A stretch of 63,955 bases of DNA, filler included, from 8 parts of 8 records of this genome joined end to end with filler, not necessarily neighbours in it, one strand, 5' to 3'. Shown: positions 1-8,705, numbered from the whole stretch's first letter. Translations and numbers: made by a program. The notes: a model not told the origin generated them from the letters alone.

Positions 1-1
1 A

Positions 2-1252
2 GCAGGTGTTAGAGCTGTTTATGATGAAGGAACAAGAACAGTAAGTCTGGTTTCAACTATTCCAGGAAAGTCTATGAAGTTAGAAAATGACACCAGTGGA
101 CTTCTTAAAAAAGTTGGTTTAATGGGAAAAACAACTAGTGGAAGATATAAACTACGTTCAATTTATAAAGGTCAGAGAGCTTCATTTATCATGGATGGGG
201 TTCAATATCAAAGAGAGTCGAATGAAGTGGAGTTTGATGGTCTGAAAATTACCCTTAGAGGAGAAACACCTCCAGGTGAAAGAGTCTCTGTAGAAGTTGC
301 ATATAATACCGAAGCAGCACTTAAAGAGGTAGCCCAATTTTTAGACGCTTATAACCAATCAATAACTTTATTAGAGGATAAAACTAAAAAAGATGCAATT
401 CTTCAAGGGGATACTACAGCAACATCTTTAATGCTTAGATTAAGAAAAAAGATGACTGATAATGTTAATGGTGTAGAGGATAAATTTAATCAACTCGCTT
501 TAATTGGTGTTGAAACAGACGAAAAGAGTGGACGTTTAACAATTAACGAAAGTAAATTTAGAGCAGCTTTAGATGAAAATCCACTGGAAATAAAAAAACT
601 ATTTACACAAAAAAAGGATAACACTGAACCGATTGTATTAGGATTAGGAAATAATAGAAGAACAGTATATGATCCAAAAGATCCATTACCAGGTGAAATC
701 GATGAGATTAAAGTGGTAGTTGGAGATAAAGAGTACTCAACAGATAGTAATTCTACTCCAATAATTAAAAAAAGTGAGTTATATAAATATCAAGTTTCAA
801 AAGTTGATCTAATAAAATACGTAATAAACAGAGATGTTAAAACTAAAGATGAAGCTTTGGCAAAATTAGGTAAAAAACTACCACCGAATGCTGTAGTAAT
901 TGATGATGTTACTGGTAAGTTTGAATTTGGAACTCCACCGAAAAGAGGGGTAAAGGTTTTTGTTGAAAATAAAAAAATAACAGCAAGAAGAAAAACAGGT
1001 ACTGATGAGGGTATCGCCACTAGAATGGAGGGTTTCTTAAAACCATACTCGACTTTTGGTGGAACACTGGAAAATCATATAAAAGCATACGATACCAACG
1101 TAAAAGATATTAACGAATGGATTGATAGAACAAATGAAAGACTTGATAAAAGAGAAGATTCATTGAAAAGAAGCTTTGGTTCAATGGAGGGTGCTTTACA
1201 AACAAATAAATCTGTTAGTGGATGGCTTTCTAGTCAGACAGCAGGGTTATAA
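2..1252 (+). CDS. fliD: Flagellar filament cap protein FliD, 5'-truncated, with a ~130-aa internal insertion
   Basis: Frame is open from base 2. FliD C-terminal motifs: DGVQYQRESN, FLDAYN, LQGD, LALIGVET, GRLTINESKFRAALDENP, and a terminal coiled coil ending F.SME.AL...S...WLSSQ. Confidence 0.88.
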   Translation, partial: AGVRAVYDEGTRTVSLVSTIPGKSMKLENDTSGLLKKVGLMGKTTSGRYKLRSIYKGQRASFIMDGVQYQRESNEVEFDGLKITLRGETPPGERVSVEVAYNTEAALKEVAQFLDAYNQSITLLEDKTKKDAILQGDTTATSLMLRLRKKMTDNVNGVEDKFNQLALIGVETDEKSGRLTINESKFRAALDENPLEIKKLFTQKKDNTEPIVLGLGNNRRTVYDPKDPLPGEIDEIKVVVGDKEYSTDSNSTPIIKKSELYKYQVSKVDLIKYVINRDVKTKDEALAKLGKKLPPNAVVIDDVTGKFEFGTPPKRGVKVFVENKKITARRKTGTDEGIATRMEGFLKPYSTFGGTLENHIKAYDTNVKDINEWIDRTNERLDKREDSLKRSFGSMEGALQTNKSVSGWLSSQTAGL

Positions 1253-1264
1253 TAAAAATTATGG

Positions 1265-1882
1265 GTGGATTTAATGATTATATCAATTGATAACATAAGA
1301 ACAGAAATGAAAATAGAGGGAGTTTCGAAATTTATTGAGCTTCTAGATTTAATAAATGAGCAACTTTTCGAAAAGAATAGAGTTATATTTGAGGTATTTG
1401 TAAATGGAGAAAAGGCTCATCCTAATTCAAATGTTGATATAGCAAATATTAAGGTTATGGAAATTAGCACAAAATCACCAAGAATACTTTTACTTGAAAC
1501 CATAAACGAAATGGATAGTTATATCAAACGTTTTCAAGGAACGCTTGATGAAATCTATCTGTATCTATCCAATGATGATTATAGAATATCAGAGTTAATT
1601 GTCAAAGTTGTTGACGGTCTTGAATGGATATACTCGGTACTTACATCTGTTCTTGATTTAACGTCAATTGACTTTGAAAGCATCAAATTTAAAGATACAT
1701 ATTTTAATTTTGAATATATATTAAACTATTTTTTAATTTTAGTTGAGAATGAAGATTTTAATGGATTGCAATCGTTCTTAAACGATGATTTAAAAGGATT
1801 TTTATTAGAGATTGAGTTAGGAATACCTAAAGTTTATGAAGCAATTATAAATGAGGAAAAAGAGGATAGGGTTAAAGCGTAA
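1265..1882 (+). CDS. Hypothetical helical protein downstream of fliD
   Basis: 205-aa ORF 12 bp after fliD. N-terminal ...VFVNGE beta region followed by an acidic helical bundle. The start may be the ATG at 1274. Confidence 0.7.
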   Translation: MDLMIISIDNIRTEMKIEGVSKFIELLDLINEQLFEKNRVIFEVFVNGEKAHPNSNVDIANIKVMEISTKSPRILLLETINEMDSYIKRFQGTLDEIYLYLSNDDYRISELIVKVVDGLEWIYSVLTSVLDLTSIDFESIKFKDTYFNFEYILNYFLILVENEDFNGLQSFLNDDLKGFLLEIELGIPKVYEAIINEEKEDRVKA

Positions 1883-1890
1883 ATGATATT

Positions 1891-1919
1891 TTGACATTTC
1901 TTAAGAGATGTTATATAAT
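1891..1919 (+). promoter_or_regulatory. Consensus sigma70 promoter
   Basis: TTGACA (1891-1896), 17-bp spacer, TATAAT (1914-1919), upstream of the 1983 gene. Confidence 0.85.
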
Positions 1920-1982
1920 TTTACTTGCTTTAGCTAAATAAGCTAGAGTTGAGATTACAAAACGAAGAGAGAGAGGCTATAA

Positions 1983-2816
1983 ATGAAAAAGGTACTAAAT
2001 TTATTAATGATATCAGGGGCTATGTTGCTTGCAGGATGTAGTTCTTCAGACAATAAATATGATGTAGAGGTTTTTAATAGAGAGATCGTTTTTACTGCTG
2101 AAGATGCAGTTGGAGATGATAACGGTTCAGGTTCATATGTTTATCCAACTGGTAAAACTTATATTAAAGGGGCCTATGATTTAACAGGTTTAACTATCGA
2201 TAATGTGGAGGATTCAGCAACTGATTATGAAATTACTCTTTCAATAAATAATAGTTTCAAGAATGATGAAGGTTATTTTGGTAGCTGGGATATTCAAATG
2301 TTTGATATCTATATAAATACAGGAGAGGGAAAGTATAAACAAACTCTGTCTGGTAGAAATCTAAAAATAAAAGATGGCTGGGACAAAGCCGTAGTTGTTG
2401 CACCGATAAGAGAAGCGAGAGTAAAGAATAAAGTTTTATCTGAAAATAGAGAAGTATCTGATGATATTTCAGATTATGAAGATCTTACAGGAGCAGTTTA
2501 TCTTCCTGAGGGAGTAGATGTTGCTAACAATAAACTAATAATTAGAGTTTCAAAAGAAAAAATAGGACCTTGGAGCGAAGTTAGAGGGATTCAAGTATTC
2601 GTACTTGGATTTACAACTGATCCAAATGAAGGATATACGTATAACATGAATGTTGAAGAGTTTACTGGACAAAATAACTTTGGTGGAGGAACTAACTACG
2701 AAGGAGATTCGAATGTAATAGATATCCTTGGTGATAATTCTATGATGAGTGGATATAAGTCTGAAGAGGGAATTGCTGAGTTTGCTGAAGTTGAAATGAT
2801 AAAGGTTAATGAATAG
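1983..2816 (+). CDS. Lipoprotein with glucodextranase/amylopullulanase DOMON-like carbohydrate-binding domain
   Basis: Lipobox LLAGC. Motifs D..GDDNGSGSYVYPT, G.YDL, Q.FDIYI, WD.AV and FGGG....SNVIDIL. Confidence 0.8.
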   Translation: MKKVLNLLMISGAMLLAGCSSSDNKYDVEVFNREIVFTAEDAVGDDNGSGSYVYPTGKTYIKGAYDLTGLTIDNVEDSATDYEITLSINNSFKNDEGYFGSWDIQMFDIYINTGEGKYKQTLSGRNLKIKDGWDKAVVVAPIREARVKNKVLSENREVSDDISDYEDLTGAVYLPEGVDVANNKLIIRVSKEKIGPWSEVRGIQVFVLGFTTDPNEGYTYNMNVEEFTGQNNFGGGTNYEGDSNVIDILGDNSMMSGYKSEEGIAEFAEVEMIKVNE

Positions 2817-2849
2817 TTTGTTATAAAAAAACAGCTTTCTTAATAAATA

Positions 2850-2879
2850 AAAAAGAGATGGCAAAAGCCATCTCTTTTT
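2850..2879 (+). terminator. Intrinsic terminator
   Basis: AAAAAGAGATGGC-AAAA-GCCATCTCTTTTT hairpin after the 2816 stop. Confidence 0.85.
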
Positions 2880-2920
2880 ATACGAATTTAAGTATAATTT
2901 TAGGCTTTGAGAGGAGAGAA

Positions 2921-5329
2921 ATGAAAAACTTATTTTTTATAAGCTTACTTCTGTTTTACTCATGTATGAGTGTAGAGAAGGTGGACAAAGACAAGTTAAT
3001 ATCGCCAGTTGAACCGAAAAAAGGTGATGGCTTTATTTTTGAAGAAGCGATTAAACACACGAATTCATCTAATGATATTTTTGCAAAAAACAAAGAAGAA
3101 GTTAGGGTAATTATAGAGGTTAGAAAAAATGATGTTGAATCAATAGATCTATTTTTTGGTGAGAATAAATATAATATGGAGGCATTTTCAGAAACGGAAG
3201 AGAAGGAATTCTACTTTGTAGATGTCCCCGCAAAAGAAACAAAATATTATTTTGAATTAAATGATAAAAAGAAAAAAGTTGTATATACAAAGAGTAAAGA
3301 AAAACGAGAATTTTATTATAGTATGAAACAACATGATGAGAATACTGATTTAGATATATACCCTCATTGGGCAGATGGTCTTGTGTGGTATAAGATATAC
3401 GTTGATAGTTTTAAAAATGGAAGTAAAGCTAATGATAAGAGATTTACCACTGTGAATAAAGGTGGTTTAGAGAGTTCTACAAAAGAATCGGAAATCAGTA
3501 AATGGAATTCAGATTTTTCATATGTAGATGAGTGGCTAAAAAAATCTGAAGATAGACCTTGGGATGAGATAACAGCAAAACGTTTTGGTGGAGATATAGC
3601 AGGAATTAAAGATAAACTTTCATATCTAAATGATTTGGGGGTAGAGGTATTGGAATTGAGCCCTGTGTTTTATTCTAAATCAGGAAGTAAATTCGATACA
3701 ATTGATTATAGACATATTTCACCAGATTATGGTGTTTTAAAGCAGAATAATACATATTCGGTATTTTCAGATTTAGAAAAGACATTTTTAGTTGAATCAG
3801 CAGATGAAGTAGAATTGTTAAATAAATATAAAAATGGAATCAATGGTTTTGGGGAGAGTTTTGAGAACTCTACATGGAAATGGACGGAGTCAGACATATT
3901 ATTTAGTGATATGATAAAAACAGCAAAAGAATCAGATATGAAGGTAGTTGCAGATATTGATTTAAGAGGAGTATCAACTGAATTTTTTATGTTTGAATTA
4001 GCCTTAATAGAGGGGCCTGCTTCAAAATACAGAGATTGTTTTGTATTTAATGATTGGAATAAAGTTGAAGAGTTTACAGAAGAGAATATTGATGTTTGGA
4101 ATCCTCTTGTTGAGTACAAAGGCGAATCGGATTTTGAAGTAATTAATCTTGACGGAAAAAAATATAGAAGAAAATGGTTAAAAATAGAAGAGAATATTTC
4201 AGAGGAATTAAAGTCAGAGTTGTTAGAGTGGAACAAAGAAAATGTTGCATATGAGAAGGTAAACCTTAAGAAAATTAAATTGAATTACGGATCAGAGATG
4301 TTAAAAAACTATATATACTCTTCAGCTCAAAAGTGGCTTAAAGGATTTTTAGCTAATGACACAGACTCTTTAGACGGATATAAAGTGTATATTGATGATG
4401 AAGAGTTTTATAAGGAGTTTAAGAGAGAAATGCTGGCTTTTAAGCAAGATGTATTGATAATTAATTCTGATATTGAAGATTATCATTTTGTTGATATAAT
4501 GCTAAAAACTATTGTTGCGACAGATGAAAATATAAAACTTTCTTCAGATTTACTAAAAGAATACCTAAAAAAGATAAAAAAAGAGTACTCTGATTCAAAA
4601 ACTAAGATTAGACAATATCCTCTAGATGGAGTTTATACAGATAGGATCTATTCTCAGTTAATCAATAAAGATAGAGCTTTTGATAAATTGAATAATACTA
4701 TCTATGGAGATGATTATTTAGAGATAAGACCAAACATAATAGATGAAAATGTAATAAAAAAACTAAAACAAATTATTGCGTTTCAAATATTTTCCGCAGG
4801 CAACCCTTATATCTACTATGGAACAGAGGTTGGTATGTGGGGTGGAGATGTCCCATATAACAGAAAACCAATGTTATGGGAAGAAAACCTGCCTTATGAA
4901 GAGGAAACAGATCGTATTTCAAAATATGAAAAATTAAAAAATTCATTAAGTGGGAAAGTAGTTTTTGATGAAATACAGCAGAAAGTTTATTATACAGTTG
5001 AATTAAATACTGAAATTTATGAGTGGTATAAGCTTATGTTGAGCACCTATAAAGAAAATAGAGAATTTCTTAAAAATGGAGAAGTAGAATATATTGATGC
5101 TAATGAAAATGATACAACAGCAAGTGATGTTATAGTTCAGAAGTATAAATACAATGATGAAGAGTTGTTAATAGTTTTAAATAACTCTCAAAAGAAGAGA
5201 ACTCTAGATATTGAGGTTGAGAGCAGAAAAGATTATAGGGAAGTTATAACTGACGAGAAATTGTCAGTTGTAGGTGGCATGATTCAAGTAGAATTAAGTG
5301 AGAATGGAATAGCGATAATTAAAAAATAA
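2921..5329 (+). CDS. GH13 (neopullulanase/cyclomaltodextrinase-like) lipoprotein with degenerate catalytic residues
   Basis: ATG 2921 follows RBS GAGGAG (the ORF-track start at 2858 lies inside the terminator). Lipobox FYSC. GH13 motifs P.WA...VWY.I..D.F.NG, GGDIAGI..KL.YL..LGV, YYGTEVGMWGG and RKPM.W. Confidence 0.82.
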   Translation: MKNLFFISLLLFYSCMSVEKVDKDKLISPVEPKKGDGFIFEEAIKHTNSSNDIFAKNKEEVRVIIEVRKNDVESIDLFFGENKYNMEAFSETEEKEFYFVDVPAKETKYYFELNDKKKKVVYTKSKEKREFYYSMKQHDENTDLDIYPHWADGLVWYKIYVDSFKNGSKANDKRFTTVNKGGLESSTKESEISKWNSDFSYVDEWLKKSEDRPWDEITAKRFGGDIAGIKDKLSYLNDLGVEVLELSPVFYSKSGSKFDTIDYRHISPDYGVLKQNNTYSVFSDLEKTFLVESADEVELLNKYKNGINGFGESFENSTWKWTESDILFSDMIKTAKESDMKVVADIDLRGVSTEFFMFELALIEGPASKYRDCFVFNDWNKVEEFTEENIDVWNPLVEYKGESDFEVINLDGKKYRRKWLKIEENISEELKSELLEWNKENVAYEKVNLKKIKLNYGSEMLKNYIYSSAQKWLKGFLANDTDSLDGYKVYIDDEEFYKEFKREMLAFKQDVLIINSDIEDYHFVDIMLKTIVATDENIKLSSDLLKEYLKKIKKEYSDSKTKIRQYPLDGVYTDRIYSQLINKDRAFDKLNNTIYGDDYLEIRPNIIDENVIKKLKQIIAFQIFSAGNPYIYYGTEVGMWGGDVPYNRKPMLWEENLPYEEETDRISKYEKLKNSLSGKVVFDEIQQKVYYTVELNTEIYEWYKLMLSTYKENREFLKNGEVEYIDANENDTTASDVIVQKYKYNDEELLIVLNNSQKKRTLDIEVESRKDYREVITDEKLSVVGGMIQVELSENGIAIIKK

Positions 5330-5346
5330 CTTTTGTGGAAAATATG

Positions 5347-5457
5347 GCTGATTAAAAAGCACACTTTTATTAAATAGATACGGTTTATTAGTTCTTAAAA
5401 TCAAGAAACGGTAAGCTAAATCTATTAAGAGTAAATGCTTTTTAGTCAGCTTTTTTT
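5347..5457. repeat. ~105-nt imperfect inverted repeat followed by a T-run (terminator or MITE-like element)
   Basis: GCTGATTAAAAAGCA (from 5347) pairs with TGCTTTTTAGTCAGC (to 5450). Inner arms AATAGAT/ATCTATT also pair. T7 follows. Confidence 0.6.
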
Positions 5458-5644
5458 GATTTTAATTAAAATTTTCTAATTTTTTGTATTAGACCAAAGA
5501 AATAAAAACATATTTGATAGAGACTTTTCTAGAGTAGACATACTTGCTTATCATCAAAAATAAATAAGAGAAGAAAAAAAGCATAATTTTTATAAAATTG
5601 TGAAAATTTTTTGTTAAGTTTCAATAATTTTTGCAAACTATAGT

Positions 5645-5671
5645 TAAATATTCATAAGAACTGGTCGATAA
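5645..5671 (+). promoter_or_regulatory. Sigma28 (FliA) promoter for a gene cut off by the contig end
   Basis: TAAA-N15-GTCGATAA (consensus TAAA-N15-GCCGATAA), then RBS AGGAGGTG and ATG at 5701. Confidence 0.7.
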
Positions 5672-5704
5672 TAGGTAATGATATAGTAGGAGGTGAGGCT
5701 ATGG

Positions 5705-5804
5705 NNNNNNNNNNNNNNNNNNNNNNNNNNNNNNNNNNNNNNNNNNNNTTAATTAATTAANNNNNNNNNNNNNNNNNNNNNNNNNNNNNNNNNNNNNNNN
5801 NNNN
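5705..5804. other. Artificial contig linker
   Basis: N44-TTAATTAATTAA-N44 (stops in all six frames). Confidence 0.99.
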
Positions 5805-5808
5805 ATCA

Positions 5809-5843
5809 CCCCCACCCTAACCCTCCCCCATCAATGGGGAGGG
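5809..5843. repeat. BoxC/REP-like palindrome at contig start
   Basis: CCCCCACCCTAA-CCCTCCCC-N7-GGGGAGGG hairpin. Confidence 0.65.
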
Positions 5844-5877
5844 AAGAAGAATAATAAACTATTACCTCATCACTGCT

Positions 5878-5924
5878 GGATCCCGGATTCCTCCAGAGAC
5901 GGACAAGCGAGTCCGGGATGACAA
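5878..5924 (-). repeat. GTCA-type REP-like palindrome with an enlarged loop
   Basis: Reverse complement TTGTCATCCCGGACT...ATCCGGGATCC, same family as the copy at 11850-11879. Confidence 0.7.
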
Positions 5925-6058
5925 GAAAATACTGTCAAAATTATGGCCCTCGCGGCATTTTTTTGGCGAAAAAAGACCCTCCCTGTTCGAAAAAGCGAAT
6001 ACAAACTTATAACCTACTGTAAACACTCCTGTTTTGAAGCTGTCGCATAACCTAAATT

Positions 6059-6074
6059 CGGCATGCAAATTGCT
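6059..6074 (+). promoter_or_regulatory. Sigma54 -24/-12 promoter
   Basis: CGGCATGCAAATTGCT (GG-N10-GC), about 40 bp before the RBS and ATG at 6115. Confidence 0.7.
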
Positions 6075-6114
6075 ATTTATAGAACTGAGGCGGAGTCAAA
6101 CAAGGAGGAGAACA

Positions 6115-6654
6115 ATGAAGGAACTAATCATTACTAACGAGATGAGAAGCAAGATTAATAAGTATCTAGGATATGAACTCATCAAGAAGAACGAAGTAGG
6201 CCATCATATCTATGATGAAGCTCCCGGCCTCGGACGAATAGGTATCGAAGGAAATGAATTTGGTCATGTCGTCACACATAAACAGCTTGATAGCAGTGGA
6301 AATATTGAGTGGCATAAGAGCCCAACGCCAAAAGCTAAAATCGGAGAGGTCAAACCGTTTCATTGCAAATTGACAACGGTATCTTCAAAGAAAGCTAAGA
6401 TCCTCATTGCCTCACTATTTCCTGAAGAAGCAGTTGACCAACACTTTCTTGATGACAATCTTGATACAATCAATACCTTGCGCAAACAGCTACATCTACT
6501 TAAGAACAATAAGGCTTTGGACTTCAAATATCAGAAGATGATCATGGGTCCAAATGACATGTTTCTTGAAAGCGCTCTCTACTATTACTATGGGGAAAAG
6601 ACATTAGAAGGTTTTGGTCCAATGATGTACGGTCCAAACGAAATGCTATTCTAA
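6115..6654 (+). CDS. Hypothetical protein
   Basis: ATG 6115 after AAGGAGGAG. 179 aa with no family recognised. C-terminal M.GPN(D/E)M repeat. Confidence 0.7.
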   Translation: MKELIITNEMRSKINKYLGYELIKKNEVGHHIYDEAPGLGRIGIEGNEFGHVVTHKQLDSSGNIEWHKSPTPKAKIGEVKPFHCKLTTVSSKKAKILIASLFPEEAVDQHFLDDNLDTINTLRKQLHLLKNNKALDFKYQKMIMGPNDMFLESALYYYYGEKTLEGFGPMMYGPNEMLF

Positions 6655-6655
6655 T

Positions 6656-7726
6656 TTAGACTTTATTCTCTTCTCTCATTCTGTAGATGATGACTAGGAC
6701 TTCGGCAACAGCTGCATAGAGTTCTTCCGGAACTTCATCGCCAACATCTAATTCCAACAAAGCCCAAGCAAGCGGCACATTTTGAGTAACAGGGACTCCT
6801 GCTTCCTTGGCAAAATCTCTTATCATCTCGGCAAAAGCACGCTGCCCTTTCGCAACAACCTGAGGAGCCATCATATCACCCTCATCATATTTGATAGCAA
6901 CTGCGACCTCAGTCGGGTTTGTCACAACAACATCTGCGCTAGCAACATTGTACTTCACATCACTCATGGCCAACTCTTGATGCAACTGCCTTCTTTGACC
7001 CTTAATTAAAGGATCTCCCTCGTCCTGCTTATACTCTCTCTTGACTTCTTCTTTAGACATACGCATCTCTTTTTTGTAGTGCCATCTCTGAAATCCAAAA
7101 TCGATTAGCGAAACCAGCAAAAAACAAATAAAGAGTTTAACCAAAAAAGATGCAATAACTGTTGCGGCAACTGAAGCCGATTGAGGCAACGTTCCAGTAA
7201 CAGTCAAAACGACCTGAGCCAAGTTATCTTTTACGGTTAAGTACGCTAAATAAAAGACAAGAAAAATCTTGAGAACATTCTTGATCAACTCAACAAGCAG
7301 AGTCATCTTAAACATATTCTTTATATTCGTAACCATGTTAAGGCGCTTAATTTGAGGTTTTAAAGGCTCTGTAGAAAAGACAGCCCCCACCTGAAGGAAG
7401 CTGATAAAAATAGCAATCAAAGCAACAATCCCCAAAAAAGGAGCAACTGTTTTTATGTATGTAAAGAAAGAATTCTCAGCTATTAAAAAAAGTTCTTCGT
7501 TGGTGATTATTTTTTTGGCACTGATACCAAAAGCGGAATGCATCAAAACTCTGAAGTAATTTCCGAAATGATCCCTCAAGGCATAAAGAGCACCAAAAGC
7601 AACAATCAAAATAACAATCGTATTAAGATCTCTGCTTTTCGACACCTGCCCTTTCTTTCGGGCATCTCTAAGTCGCTTCGGAGTCGCCTCCTCAGTCTTC
7701 TCTTGACTTGAGCCTTCGTCAGCCAT
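6656..7726 (-). CDS. sctU: Type III secretion export apparatus switch protein (SctU/EscU/YscU family; FlhB paralogue)
   Basis: EKTEEATPKRLRDARKKGQV, four TM segments, MSKEEVKREYKQDEGDP..K..RRQLHQE (injectisome-like), cleavage loop VVTNPTE. Confidence 0.85.
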   Translation of the reverse strand: MADEGSSQEKTEEATPKRLRDARKKGQVSKSRDLNTIVILIVAFGALYALRDHFGNYFRVLMHSAFGISAKKIITNEELFLIAENSFFTYIKTVAPFLGIVALIAIFISFLQVGAVFSTEPLKPQIKRLNMVTNIKNMFKMTLLVELIKNVLKIFLVFYLAYLTVKDNLAQVVLTVTGTLPQSASVAATVIASFLVKLFICFLLVSLIDFGFQRWHYKKEMRMSKEEVKREYKQDEGDPLIKGQRRQLHQELAMSDVKYNVASADVVVTNPTEVAVAIKYDEGDMMAPQVVAKGQRAFAEMIRDFAKEAGVPVTQNVPLAWALLELDVGDEVPEELYAAVAEVLVIIYRMREENKV

Positions 7727-7805
7727 CTACTTACCAAGCTTTAACCACTTTACCTATGTTGCCATTGATAACGTCAGCATAGACTAGGCGGCACCCCTTA
7801 TAGTA

Positions 7806-7813
7806 TTATCGGC
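7806..7813 (-). promoter_or_regulatory. Sigma28-type -10 element upstream of sctU
   Basis: Perfect GCCGATAA on the minus strand, 80 bp before the sctU start. The -35 match is weak. Confidence 0.45.
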
Positions 7814-7853
7814 TTATTCATGAGTCTAAGTTGCTCATATCCATAAGGAATTC

Positions 7854-8566
7854 TTATTTTTTATCTTTTTCTTCTGTTTCCTTTTCAGCCTCTTTATCTT
7901 CAGCAAAACTGGTATTTTTCAATAATTTTGAAGCCTTAGCAGCATATGGAGTCTTTAAATCGGGATCTAACTCAACAATCTTCTTCCATTCTTCTCTTGC
8001 AGCCTTAACATTGTGATCTTTATTAAAAAAGTTGATACCCTTGTCGTAGTGAACTTCAATCTTGGTTAAGACATCTTCAGGAATTCTATCTGTCGAAAGT
8101 TTCTGTGAAAAAAACCAAGCACCACCAATTGATAAACCGATCAGCAAAAGAACTAAGAGGAAAACATACTTAAACCTGTTCTTCCCTGGAGCTATCCAAG
8201 TTCCACTTGGAGTGACTAACCGAAACTGCATCCTATTTTCACCGACATTTATTATATCACCTGGCTTGAGCTCAACTTCCTCGATCTTTTTACCGTTTAC
8301 ATAACAACCCTTAAGACTATTCAAATCACTTAGGATATATTGCCCTTCAATAAAATTGATTACGGCATGTTTTCTCGAAACCGATTTATCACTTAAGGCT
8401 AGGTTGTTATTTTTACTCCTGCCTATAAAAAAAGTTTCGGTAATCAAAGGGATCTCCTGACCCGCCTTTTCACCGTGAGTAAAAAGAGTGATGCAACTGG
8501 AAAACTCTCAAGCGGAGTTCTCGCAGTTACTATGGAAGTCTCTTGTTCAGAAATTTCGTTTGGCAT
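7854..8566 (-). CDS. Membrane-anchored FHA-domain protein; one-base frameshift at A5 8481-8485
   Basis: FHA motifs IGRS..N, D..VSRKHA, DLNS..G.YVNG, then one TM and a TPR-like helical C-terminus. True start is probably ATG 8566 with RBS AGGGGG. Adding one base gives a continuous 237-aa protein, MPNEISEQETSIVT...LFFTHGEKAGQEIPL. Confidence 0.8.
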
Positions 8567-8705
8567 AGCTCCCCCTGCTAATAGCTTACAACTAATATCA
8601 TGAATCCGTATAATCATCAATATTTTCTACAGTGTTATACTAAACAGTTTCTGCAATTTCTAAATATGTTGATAAATCTTATTAAAAGCTTTAAATTCAT
8701 AAAAC

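Noticed and set aside
5749-5760. TTAATTAATTAA repeated seven times as a biological repeat, and ORFs ending in ...XXXLIN
   Set aside because: It is a synthetic all-frame stop spacer inside N runs. ORFs crossing it are artefacts.
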